Shown: positions 9,833-18,680 of the stretch, piece by piece
How the letters are laid out: the number at the start of each line of letters is the position of its first letter
Numbering within the stretch: position 1 is the first letter of the stretch
Assembly (NCBI GenBank): GCA_964626365.1
Contig: CAZVDL010000006.1
Coordinates: forward strand, 144 to 64,143
Origin: an uncultured Nitrososphaerota archaeon
GTDB taxonomy: Archaea > Thermoproteota > Methanomethylicia > Nezhaarchaeales > B40-G2
Reading direction: 5' to 3'
DNA: 64,000 nt
Made by a program: the position numbers and the translations under genes
The notes under the pieces: generated by a model
What the model saw: the letters and a program-made list of their open reading frames with translations, nothing else
Told to the model about the DNA's origin: nothing
Database searches by the model: none

Positions 9833-10972
9833 ATGGAGCATGGATCAAAGATACTTGCGATGTTGCTAGTGTTTACCATCCTACTAGGCTTGGTGGCTTC
9901 TGCCGCTGCTTCACCGAAGGTGGTTGAGCCTGAGGTCACTTACTTACCCTCAGGGTGGACGTTGTCGGAGAAGACCTCCTATGGGGAGGCTGAGGGGAGG
10001 TACGGCGACGCTGGCGCAATTATGTACGAGACCGAGGCTGCAGATCTCGTAGCTATACAGTACGAGGCTGTACCTAGCGGTGTTAGGATAACCTCAAACT
10101 GGCTGATAAATGAGGCCGTTGACATGATGCTGGACATAGCTGACAGCGTAGAGGAGGACATGGGTATCTACCCGATAGTGGGCGATATAGACGAGGTGGG
10201 CACCATGTCAATAGCTGGGACGACCGCTGGCTACGCGTTGGAGGAAACGCCGGTTGAAGGCGTATACCTCCTGGTGGTGACCATGGTGAAGGGCCCTGAC
10301 TACATAGTGGTGGCCTCGGTGTACGAAGACGAGGTCGAGGACGAGGTCTTCAAGATAATTGACAGCATAAAGGTCGAGGAGGAAGGGGGAGGTTTCCTGC
10401 CCAAGTGTATAATAGCTACGGCCACTTACGGCTCAGAGGCAGCTGCTGAGGTCCAGTTTCTAAGAGAGTTCAGGGAGGATGTGGTCTACCGGACCTTCGC
10501 GGGTAGGGAGTTCATGGAGGTGTTCCATGCTTGGTACTATTCATGGAGCCCGCCCGCAGCCAGGTTTATAGAGGGGAACGAGGCGGCCAAGGCCTTTATG
10601 AGGGCTGCGCTATACCCGCTGCTCGGAATCCTCCACTTAGCCACGCTAACCTACACGGCCCTCAGCTTCAATGAGGAGGTGGCCATAGTTGCAGCTGGGC
10701 TGGTCGCTAGCGTCCTCATAGGCGTAGCGTACTTCGCTCCGCCCGCTATCGTACTGCTCGGCGTGCTTAGAAGGTTGAGGGGTTGGTCCTTAAGGTTGAG
10801 CCAGCTTAAGCCCCTAGCGCTGACGTGGGCCCTAAGCGCGCTCATGATATACGTGTCTTGGGGTCTTGGAGCATCGATCCTCATGAAGGCTGCCACCAGT
10901 CTCTTCGTGCTGTCGAGCATGGCCTTGGCGGCAGGGGCCTTAGCCTCAAAGATCGTGGAGCGACTGCTATAG
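9833..10972 (+). CDS. Acidic cell-surface protein with CFI-box-CTERM domain
   Basis: Signal peptide MEHGSKILAMLL...SAAAS; KCIIATATYGS...EVQFLREFRE...WYYSWSPP followed by TM helices. Confidence 0.85.
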   Translation: MEHGSKILAMLLVFTILLGLVASAAASPKVVEPEVTYLPSGWTLSEKTSYGEAEGRYGDAGAIMYETEAADLVAIQYEAVPSGVRITSNWLINEAVDMMLDIADSVEEDMGIYPIVGDIDEVGTMSIAGTTAGYALEETPVEGVYLLVVTMVKGPDYIVVASVYEDEVEDEVFKIIDSIKVEEEGGGFLPKCIIATATYGSEAAAEVQFLREFREDVVYRTFAGREFMEVFHAWYYSWSPPAARFIEGNEAAKAFMRAALYPLLGILHLATLTYTALSFNEEVAIVAAGLVASVLIGVAYFAPPAIVLLGVLRRLRGWSLRLSQLKPLALTWALSALMIYVSWGLGASILMKAATSLFVLSSMALAAGALASKIVERLL

Positions 10973-10990
10973 CACGGCGTATAACCCCTC

Positions 10991-10996
10991 TTTTTT
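10991..10996 (+). terminator. Oligo-T terminator candidate
   Basis: T6 tract 18 nt after the stop codon. Confidence 0.4.
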
Positions 10997-11040
10997 CTCA
11001 CGGAGAAAGCGTTTTAGTGAGCGAGCGCGCATACCTCAGC

Positions 11041-11098
11041 GGGCCGATGAATGTATGGGCCAAGCCGAGAGGTGAGGAGTGGAGACCTCAATGAGGCC
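11041..11098 (+). ncRNA. Box C/D guide sRNA candidate with non-consensus boxes
   Basis: C-like CCGATGA 11044-50, 14-nt guide, D' CCGA 11065-68, C' GTGAGGA 11072-78, 12-nt guide, D-like ATGA 11091-94; GGCC at both ends; T-rich TATA-like element at about 11012. Confidence 0.55.
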
Positions 11099-11404
11099 TA
11101 GCGAGGACAGTCTGCCAAGCCTGGTCTTCGAGGCTTAAACCATCGCTTAATCAGCTTCCTCGCCTCCTAGAATGAGGGGTAGGTCAAGTAAAAGCCTGAG
11201 CGGGGCATTAAGGCTAGTGGGGTCGAGCCAGCCTTCAAGGTTAAGATGGCGCTGAGGCGGCAAGCGTTAAGTCGTCCATTAAGCTCGGCCTCCAGCTCTC
11301 TACGCTGTAGCATCAGTACCTTAACCTTGCCTCATTGGGCGTTTCCTTAAGGCGCTGGCGGCTAAAGCTTGATAAACCTCCTAGGCGTAGTCGCTAGGCT
11401 GACG

Positions 11405-11677
11405 ATGGACGGTAAAAGATACGCGCTGATCACAGCCCTAGGACGTGATAGGCCGGGCCTCATAGCTGGGTTGACGACAGCGGTGGCTGAGGTAGGGGGC
11501 AACATAGAGGACCTAGACGAGGTGGTGATGAGGGGGGTCTTCGTGATGAACATGCTGGTGAGCCTTGAGGGCTCCACCAGCCTCGATGAGCTGAGGAGCC
11601 ACGTGGTTAAGCGCGGGGAGGAGCTTGGGTTGAAGGTGGAGGTCTACGACCCTCAGGAGCAGGGGTGGATGCAGTGA
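11405..11677 (+). CDS. Stand-alone ACT-domain protein
   Basis: LITALGRDRPGLIAGLT...GGNIEDL. Confidence 0.9.
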   Translation: MDGKRYALITALGRDRPGLIAGLTTAVAEVGGNIEDLDEVVMRGVFVMNMLVSLEGSTSLDELRSHVVKRGEELGLKVEVYDPQEQGWMQ

Positions 11678-12612
11678 GGATAGTGGTTACCGTGGCTGGC
11701 TACGATAGGCCCGGTATAGTCGCTGGTATAACTAGGGCCCTAGCCTCGCTGGGGGCCAACATAATTAAAGCCAGGGCTTCCACGCTCCACAGCCTCTTCG
11801 TCATGGTCCTCCTCGTCGACCTAGGCGGGGTGAAGGTGCCCTTCAAGGTGGTAGAGGACTCGTTAAAGGAGGCTGGCAACGAGATAGGAGTAGGCGTAGC
11901 CATAGAGACCGAGGACGGCTTTCTCAAGGAGCGCAAGCTAGTGGCCTTCGACGCCGACGGCACCTTGATAGACGGGGAGGTGATCGACGAGCTAGCCAAG
12001 GAGGCGGGGGTGGAGGATCAGGTCAAGGAGATTACGAGGAGGGCTATGGAGGGAGAGCTAAGCTTCGAGGAGGCGCTTAGAATGAGGGTGGCCCTGCTTA
12101 AGGGCCTTCCCGTGGAGCGCGTAATGAAGGTGGTGGATAGGATCAGGGTAGTTCCAGGGGCCCAGGAGATGATATCGACGTTGAAAGCGGCGGGCTTCAT
12201 CACAGTCCTGCTCACGGGCGGTTTCGACGTGGTGGCTGAGGAGATTGGGAGGCGCCTAGGCTTCGACTACGTGTTCGCCAACCACCTCGTGGTTAAGGAC
12301 GGTGTACTCACCGGCGAGGTGGAGGGCAGAGTCATGAGCCCCGAGGACAAGCTCAAGGTCTTAAAGGAGGTAGCTGAGAGCCACGGGATCAAGCTCGAGG
12401 AGTGCGTGGCTATAGGCGACGGCGCCAACGACCTCCTAGTTATAAGGAACGTGGGGCTGGGGATAGGCTTCAACCCTAAACAGGTGGTTAAGGAGCAAGC
12501 TAGGGCGCTGGTGAGCATCAAGGACATGAGGGCCGTTCTCGCGTTGATGGGCTTCGGTAGACTGAGAGAGGATATCAAGGCTAGGAGCGGCCACTTAAAC
12601 CGTGAGAAATAG
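11674..12612 (+). CDS. serB: Phosphoserine phosphatase with N-terminal ACT domain
   Basis: ACT GYDRPGIVA; HAD motifs FDADGT, ITRRAMEGEL, TGGF, GDGAND. Confidence 0.92.
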   Translation: MRIVVTVAGYDRPGIVAGITRALASLGANIIKARASTLHSLFVMVLLVDLGGVKVPFKVVEDSLKEAGNEIGVGVAIETEDGFLKERKLVAFDADGTLIDGEVIDELAKEAGVEDQVKEITRRAMEGELSFEEALRMRVALLKGLPVERVMKVVDRIRVVPGAQEMISTLKAAGFITVLLTGGFDVVAEEIGRRLGFDYVFANHLVVKDGVLTGEVEGRVMSPEDKLKVLKEVAESHGIKLEECVAIGDGANDLLVIRNVGLGIGFNPKQVVKEQARALVSIKDMRAVLALMGFGRLREDIKARSGHLNREK

Positions 12613-12623
12613 GTGTGAGGGGC

Positions 12624-12913
12624 TTACTTCGACCCCCTTAGGGTCTCTGTTAGCTTCTCGACTCGTATAGCCGGCATAGTTAGGGTCTGGATGGTTCCTC
12701 GAGCTCCCAGCTCTGTGGCCACCTTGGCCACGGCCTCGTTGTCCAGGCCTCTATGACGTTCACGGAGTCGTAGGGCCCAAGCAGGAGGTACTTAGCTAGC
12801 ACCTTTACCCCATTTCCTCGACCTCCTTGTTAACCTCCAAGATTCGCTAGGCCTCTCCTTAATGGTCTCAAGCCCGTCGCCGGTAGCTTGGTCGACATCA
12901 CGTATAGGGGCAT
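12624..12913 (-). pseudogene. GYD-domain protein with about four frameshifts
   Basis: Reconstructs to MPLYVMSTKL/GDGLETIKERP/RILEVNKEVEEMG/KVLAKYLLLGPYDSVNVIEA/DNEAVAKVATELGARGTIQTLTMPA...*; missing from the ORF track. Confidence 0.85.
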
Positions 12914-12981
12914 GCCTCTTCTGCTTAACTTAGCCCTCGCTAAGAAAAACACGTTTCCCCGGCCACATTAGTAGCTCCTTC

Positions 12982-13024
12982 AGGCTATATAGCGGTGTTC
13001 TATTCTCTACAAGGCTATATAGCC
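12982..13024. promoter_or_regulatory. Tandem palindromic operator candidates
   Basis: AGGCTATATAGC at 12982 and 13012 (30-bp period), each containing the palindrome GCTATATAGC; upstream of BRE/TATA agaaaggTTTTAATA at about 13062-13076. Confidence 0.6.
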
Positions 13025-13161
13025 CGGCCTTAAGCTCTGAGGCCCTCTAGTTCTCAATATTAGAAAGGTTTTAATAGAGGTCCCTGGAGTGCCTCCCCCT
13101 CCTCGGAGGAGGTTAAAGGTGAGGTCTAGGAGGAGTCGAGTTTACCTCGAATAGCGCCTTC

Positions 13162-13287
13162 CTGCCGACGATAAGCGTTCTAGGCCTACCTCTTAAGACC
13201 GCGCTGGTTCTCGTGGGGGTCCCACTGACGGTAACGTTGCTGCTGCTTCTATGGGCCCTGCTCTATAGGGGTGATGAGGGGCGATGA
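13162..13287 (+). CDS. Small single-TM protein, putative accessory subunit of the symporter (start uncertain, possibly CTG)
   Basis: (L/M)PTISVLGLPLKTALVLVGVPLTVTLLLLLWALLYRGDEGR*; TGA overlaps the symporter ATG (ATGA). Confidence 0.6.
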   Translation: MPTISVLGLPLKTALVLVGVPLTVTLLLLLWALLYRGDEGR

Positions 13288-14828
13288 TACGCTACGTAGC
13301 CTTCGCAGCCTACATGGTTGCTATAGCCGCCGTAGGCCTCCTGGCGTCTAGGAGAGTCAAGGGGCTGTCAGACTTCATAGCCGCGTCTAATAGGCTGGGC
13401 TTCGCCGCGTACGTGCTGTTAATGGTAGGCTCAGTGTTCAGCGGCATGACGTGTATAGGGGTGGCTGGGCTAAGCTACCTGACGGGCTATGCTAACATCT
13501 GGGAGAGGGTCCTCGGCCCCTCCCTAGCCATAGCCTTAGCCACGCTGCTCTACGCCCCTAAGCTAGTCAGGCTGTCTAGGGTTAAGGGGCTGTTAACCCT
13601 CCAGGACTACCTCTCGCTGAGGTACTACGACGAGAAGCTTGTGAGGGGTCTTTCAGGGGCTGTGTCTGCGCTGGTGTGCACGATATACCTCGTCGGCCAG
13701 TACGTGGCCATAGGCATAGTGTCCAAGGTGGTCTTCGGCTGGGAGTACTGGCAGGGCTGCCTCCTAGCCATGCTGGTCGTGGCCGTCTACGTAGTGGCTG
13801 GGGGGATGCTATCGGTGGCCTGGACCACCTTGATTCAGGCCGCCCTGATGATAGGAGGCACCCTGCTACTGGCGCCCTACGTGGTGAACGCCCTTGGAGG
13901 CTTCACCGCCCTAAACCTGAAGGCGGCCGCTGTATCGGAGGGTCCCTTCCACCAGTACTTGACTGAGCCTTGGGGGCCCCACCACATGCCGTTAATCAGC
14001 CCGCTGTTTAACTTGACGTTGTTCGGCCTGGCTGTAACCCTAGGGCTGTCGGTGGCTCCTCATATAGTGAACAACGTGTTGTCGATAAGGCGTGAGGGCT
14101 GTATAAGGTGGGGGCCTCTTACCTGCTATCTCCTCGGCGTCGCTGTTATCATGGGCGCCTCGCTCATGGGCCTAGCGGCTAGGGTCGCTGAGTATGAGGG
14201 CCTCATAGAACTCATCCCACACCCGCTTGGAGGCAAGTGGTACGACATGGCCCTGCCGACGCTAGCTAAGGCCCTCTTACCCGAGCATCTCTTCAGCCTG
14301 TTCCTCGTCGTGGTGCTGGCGGCGGTGATGTCCACCACCGACAGGCTGATGTTAACTATAGGGGCCAACGTGGGCTATGACGTCTACAAGAACCTCCTTA
14401 GGCCTCAGGCCTCTGAGCGCAGCGTAACACTGGTGTCTAAGGTGGTTGTGGTGGCGGCCGCCCTCCTCACCTTCATCGTGGCCCTGAGCCCGCCGCCGCT
14501 CATAGCCTGGCTGATATGGCTATCGCTGAGCCTGATATGTAACACGTGGTTTGTGCCTCTGCTATGCGGGCTCTACTGGCGTAGGGCTACTAGGGAGGGC
14601 TGCGTGGCCAGCATGGTCGCGGGGCTGACCGTGACGATCGCGGCGGGCTACGTAAGCGGTAAGCCTCCAGTGGGGCTAGGTTGGACCTTAAAGCTGTTCG
14701 ATATGCCCTACTACTTCGTGCTGCCGGGCTTCATAGCCAGCTGGGTGGCCATGATAACAGTCAGCCTAGCTACACGTAGGCCTCCTCAGAGCCTCCTAGA
14801 TGAAACCTTGACGGGCCTCCACTCCTAA
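13284..14828 (+). CDS. Sodium:solute symporter (PutP/PanF family)
   Basis: About 13 TM; YVVAGGMLSVAWT, LAAVMSTTD, GLYWRRATREG. Confidence 0.93.
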   Translation: MIRYVAFAAYMVAIAAVGLLASRRVKGLSDFIAASNRLGFAAYVLLMVGSVFSGMTCIGVAGLSYLTGYANIWERVLGPSLAIALATLLYAPKLVRLSRVKGLLTLQDYLSLRYYDEKLVRGLSGAVSALVCTIYLVGQYVAIGIVSKVVFGWEYWQGCLLAMLVVAVYVVAGGMLSVAWTTLIQAALMIGGTLLLAPYVVNALGGFTALNLKAAAVSEGPFHQYLTEPWGPHHMPLISPLFNLTLFGLAVTLGLSVAPHIVNNVLSIRREGCIRWGPLTCYLLGVAVIMGASLMGLAARVAEYEGLIELIPHPLGGKWYDMALPTLAKALLPEHLFSLFLVVVLAAVMSTTDRLMLTIGANVGYDVYKNLLRPQASERSVTLVSKVVVVAAALLTFIVALSPPPLIAWLIWLSLSLICNTWFVPLLCGLYWRRATREGCVASMVAGLTVTIAAGYVSGKPPVGLGWTLKLFDMPYYFVLPGFIASWVAMITVSLATRRPPQSLLDETLTGLHS

Positions 14829-14830
14829 CC

Positions 14831-14838
14831 TTTTTTTT
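14831..14838 (+). terminator. Oligo-T terminator candidate
   Basis: T8 tract just after the symporter stop. Confidence 0.5.
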
Positions 14839-16240
14839 ATTTAAAGAGCTCGTCGAGCGTAGTCTGTTGCCCCGCTTTACGGGCCTTCTTGATCACCGAC
14901 ATGAAGTCGTCCCTCACGGGCTTATACACCTCGTTGTAGAAGCGCTGTTGGTCTAGCAACACGGACCTTGGGAAGCTCTTAAGGTAATCCAGGGCAGCCT
15001 TCCAGGCCTCCTCGTAGGGGACGACCGCGTTGATCCTCCTAGCTATTTGCCGGTCGTAGTCGCTCGGCTTCTGCTCTGCGTCGCCTATAGCGAACCAGCC
15101 TCTAGGCGAGACGTAGGCCCCCTCATCCCCTAGCTGTACTACCTTCTTCTCGCCGTGGTAGGCCGTGGGCCTCCTGGCGTGTATTAGCCGGTCCTTAGCG
15201 TAGCGCTTGGCCCAGGCGTAGAACACCGCCCGGTTTAGCCCGAAGGACTTAGCCTTCTCGAGGTCCCCGGTAATCAGGTAGTACCGGGCGGCCTGGAGCA
15301 GCCCCATAACTTGGAACCTGCCAAGCTTTCCTGGAGGAGCCTCCTCTACCTCCTCAAGCGAGGGCTGCTCGACCTGGACCACGGTCCTCTCCTGTTTAAC
15401 TCTAGGTAGGCCGGGCCAGCCGCCGTACCCGCCCACCCCGATCAAGGCCTTCTCGGCGAGCTTATCGCCCTCCCCCTCCTCGTAGTCCCTCCACGAGGGG
15501 TCGTGCCTGTAAGCCTCGGGCTTAGCCCAGTCGGGGTTGAAGCCCCCCAGGTCGTTAGGCTTAAAGCACACGCAGCATAGGTCAAGCTGCCTATGGAGGG
15601 ATAGGGGGGCCGTGAACACCCTCTTCAAGTCTATCTTGTTCTCCACCCTCAGCGGCCTCTCAGCCATAGGCGCCCTGACCGCTACCCTGACCAGCTCGTC
15701 CTTAACCCTCCTGAGCACATACTCGACCACGGCGAAGGATACATCGAGCGGGTTGCGCTTAGCTAGGAGAGCGGGCGAAAACGCTCTCTCATGTATATGA
15801 ACGTGGACGCCTCTGCCCGACCATTTAAGGAACACCGACCGGTAGACCCCCTCCTTCTCCAGGTAGCTGACTATGGCTTCAGCCGCCTTCAAGGCGTGCT
15901 CCCAGGTCTCTAAGCTGGCGTCGACGTCCCATATGGGGGAGGCGTAGACTATGTTGTCCGGCTTATCGGGGTCCTCGGCAGCCTTAAGCTCCCTGTAAAC
16001 GTTCACCGAGGCGTAGATGGTCCTAGGCCTAAGCGCCCTAAACCTCCTCAAGGCCTCCTCGACGTCCCCCGCCTCACTGATAGTGATAGGCTCCTTCCCA
16101 TGCCTCCAGTACCTTAAGAAGAGCCTCGAGCCCCTCTGCTCTTCACCCTCCAGCGCGACCCACCTACCCCTACAGTACGAGGCTATTTCCTCCTTCACCT
16201 GCGGCTTGGAGTAGTAGGCTAGGATCTCCTCGTAGTTCAA
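14837..16240 (-). CDS. Archaeo-eukaryotic primase (AEP)-like primase/polymerase fused to a helical C-terminal domain, with PIP-box-like tail
   Basis: Motif I WDVD, motif II KWSGRGVHVH, motif III KIDLKRVFTAPLSLH; tail QQTTLDELFK. Confidence 0.75.
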   Translation of the reverse strand: MNYEEILAYYSKPQVKEEIASYCRGRWVALEGEEQRGSRLFLRYWRHGKEPITISEAGDVEEALRRFRALRPRTIYASVNVYRELKAAEDPDKPDNIVYASPIWDVDASLETWEHALKAAEAIVSYLEKEGVYRSVFLKWSGRGVHVHIHERAFSPALLAKRNPLDVSFAVVEYVLRRVKDELVRVAVRAPMAERPLRVENKIDLKRVFTAPLSLHRQLDLCCVCFKPNDLGGFNPDWAKPEAYRHDPSWRDYEEGEGDKLAEKALIGVGGYGGWPGLPRVKQERTVVQVEQPSLEEVEEAPPGKLGRFQVMGLLQAARYYLITGDLEKAKSFGLNRAVFYAWAKRYAKDRLIHARRPTAYHGEKKVVQLGDEGAYVSPRGWFAIGDAEQKPSDYDRQIARRINAVVPYEEAWKAALDYLKSFPRSVLLDQQRFYNEVYKPVRDDFMSVIKKARKAGQQTTLDELFK

Positions 16241-16340
16241 GGCTTAGTACCCTCGCGGCGCGGCGACAAATTAGGTTTACGACCCCGTGATGTCCTCGAA
16301 GACCTAGCAAGTGTTAAGCGCCTCGCCTCGCTAAGTAACC

Positions 16341-17171
16341 TTGGAGGTGCACGCTCTGAGCTTAGAGGATCTTTCGTCGAGGCTCGAAAGCCTAGTTAAG
16401 CTTGAGTCCCATCCCGTAGCCGTCAAGCTGGTTAGGAGCGAGGGGGAGGTGGAGGGCTTTAAGACCCCCAGCTCCATGGGGGTCAAGCTGGCTGTGTGCC
16501 AGGCCATAGCTATGGCCTGGCGGTACGGCTGGAAGGTTGCCCTGAGAGCTGAAGAATGCGCCTGCTCAGTGGCTAAAGTGGTTTTTGGCTGGAGCCAGGT
16601 GGAGCTTGAAGCCTTCGCCCACTCCTTCCTAAAGGCGGGCTTCTTCAAGGATATGTGCGCGGCGGTGAGGGCCTCCAAGGAGGCCTTTGAGCAGTGCGTA
16701 CTTAAGCCTAATAGCTGCCTCGGCGTAGCCACGGCGCCGCTACCTAAAGCCCCGTGGAGGCCCGACGTGGTGTTGGTGTTCTGTAACCCTGCGCAGGCCC
16801 AGCTACTATCGCTGGGCTACTCGTACGCTAACGGGGACTCAGTGGAGGTGAAGTACTCGGGGAAGCACTCGTCCTGCGGCTACGGCGTGGTTAGGACCTA
16901 CCTCTCGAGGAAGCCCACCCTAGCTCCGCCCGGTGGAGGCGATAAGGTGTTCGCGGGCTGCGACTCCAACCACCTAATATTCTCGACCCCCTTGGAGAAC
17001 TTCAAGGACATCGTGGAGGGCGTTGAGGCCGTGGTTAAGGCCGGCGTCATCAGGTACCCTACGCCGCTCTTCCTAAGGTTTGAGCCTCAGCTGCCCGGGG
17101 CTTTCAAGGAGCTTGAGGCCCCCCAAGCAGCTAGTAGTAGGGCTGAGAGCAGCGTTAAGGACGAGGCGTAG
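16341..17171 (+). CDS. DUF169 family protein
   Basis: HPVAVKL, VCQAIAMA, PDVVLVFCNPAQ, conserved Cys pattern. Confidence 0.85.
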   Translation: MEVHALSLEDLSSRLESLVKLESHPVAVKLVRSEGEVEGFKTPSSMGVKLAVCQAIAMAWRYGWKVALRAEECACSVAKVVFGWSQVELEAFAHSFLKAGFFKDMCAAVRASKEAFEQCVLKPNSCLGVATAPLPKAPWRPDVVLVFCNPAQAQLLSLGYSYANGDSVEVKYSGKHSSCGYGVVRTYLSRKPTLAPPGGGDKVFAGCDSNHLIFSTPLENFKDIVEGVEAVVKAGVIRYPTPLFLRFEPQLPGAFKELEAPQAASSRAESSVKDEA

Positions 17172-18262
17172 ATGAAGAGGTAAGCTGGGCCCACGTAGTC
17201 CCATATCAGCCCGGCCGCTAAGTTACCAGCTATCGCGGCTACGCCCACCGAGGCGTGGTAAAGCCCGAGGCCTGAGCCCTTAAGCTCGCCGCATGCATCG
17301 GCCACAAGGGCTCTCTCGACGCCTTCAATCATGGCGTAGGAGACGCCGTAGACCACGAAGGCCGCTACCACCAGCGGTAGGCTTAGGGACGGGTAGAGAA
17401 GGGCGAAGACCAGCGACATGAGGAGGTAGCCCGAGGCCAACACCTTAACCTTGCCGGCCCTGTCAGCCAGCGCCCCCATAGGGTACGAGAGCACCGCGTA
17501 CACCGAGTTAAACAGGATGTAAAGGAGCAGGGGCGCAGCCACCGTGAGCCAGCCTACGAAGGCCCCGCTAGCCCTTAACAGGAGGAACATGTAGCTCACG
17601 TTGCCAGCGGCAAACAGCGAGGTCACGGGTACGAGCAGCTTAAACCTACGCGGCAGGGACACCATAGCCGAGGCGAACTTTTCCTTGAGAGGCTTCCTCC
17701 TCACGTCCTTAACTGGGATGAGGGGGAGGAGCGCTATGAAGGCCACGACCCCTGACAGCAGGATGACCTCCCTAAAGCCTAGACCCGCTACGCTCACGAG
17801 AAGGAAGGCAGCCAGCGAGCCTACGACCGCGCCGGCCGTGTCCAGCGATCTATGTAGGCCGAAGGCCCTGCCGCTCTGGCTCTCCACGGCCGACTCGGCT
17901 ATCAAGGCGTCGCGGGGAGGCGTCCTAATGCCTTTACCTGCTCTCTCAGCCACTCTGAGGCCTAGTACGTGGACCCAGCTTGGGCTAAAAGCCATTAGGA
18001 GCTTGGAGGCCGACGAGGTCAGGTAGCCAGCCGCCACTAGAGGCTTACGCCTACCCAGCTTATCCGATAGGTAGCCTGAAGCCAGCCTAATTAGGCTTGA
18101 AGCACCGTCGCCTAATCCGCCGATTAGGCCTAGCGCTAGCCCCCCACCCCCAAGCGAAACTATGAAGAGGGGGAGCACGGGCGCCATAAGCTCAGTGCTA
18201 GCGTCAGTTAGTAGGCTTACGAGGCCCAGCAAGACTATGTTCAAGGTTAAAGCTTTCTTCAC
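17087..18262 (-). CDS. MFS transporter
   Basis: 12 TM; GYLSDKLGRRK; ERAGKGIRTPPRDALI. Confidence 0.93.
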   Translation of the reverse strand: MKKALTLNIVLLGLVSLLTDASTELMAPVLPLFIVSLGGGGLALGLIGGLGDGASSLIRLASGYLSDKLGRRKPLVAAGYLTSSASKLLMAFSPSWVHVLGLRVAERAGKGIRTPPRDALIAESAVESQSGRAFGLHRSLDTAGAVVGSLAAFLLVSVAGLGFREVILLSGVVAFIALLPLIPVKDVRRKPLKEKFASAMVSLPRRFKLLVPVTSLFAAGNVSYMFLLLRASGAFVGWLTVAAPLLLYILFNSVYAVLSYPMGALADRAGKVKVLASGYLLMSLVFALLYPSLSLPLVVAAFVVYGVSYAMIEGVERALVADACGELKGSGLGLYHASVGVAAIAGNLAAGLIWDYVGPAYLFIYASSLTLLSALLLAAWGASSSLKAPGS

Positions 18263-18680
18263 CTAACCCCCTCACGTAGACCGCACATTAACTGGTAGCT
18301 TTCAGGCGCAGCTACAGATAGCTTATACGGTCGCCATAAGTGGACGGCACCATCAATACCTCTTGTAAACGTGGCTGGCTGCGTTGGCGTCGTCAAGGCT
18401 CATTCAGGCAGGCCTAATGGGGCCTCGCCCTGCCTTGTGGTCAGAAGGGAACCCTTTCGCCCGTTCTCATCAGCTCCATCAATTGAAAGATGTTTTTCCT
18501 TCAGCCTGCGTTCTCATCAATCCTCCTTTCAATTTAGGGAGGCGTCAAAAGTCTGGGTCGTGAGCAGCTTAAACCATTACGGAGCTCCTAGGGACGCTGA
18601 ACGATGCGCCTTTAAGCGTCGTTGACCCCTCGAAGCTCATGGCAGCGTCGAAGACTTTTTATAGGCCTCGCTCCTCAGCG

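Noticed and set aside
11100-11400. Additional sRNA or gene in the rest of the intergenic gap
   Set aside because: Only isolated ATGA/CTGA words and a short minus-strand frame with no recognisable family
18455-18540. CRISPR-like ATTGAAAG / CTTTCAATT words with a short direct repeat
   Set aside because: Only two imperfect units 47 bp apart, the words are in opposite orientations, and no cas genes are present
18371-18625. 84-aa Cys-containing ORF as precursor peptide for the SPASM enzyme
   Set aside because: Atypical codon usage, no SD or leader/core pattern, and a TATA box lies between it and the enzyme gene
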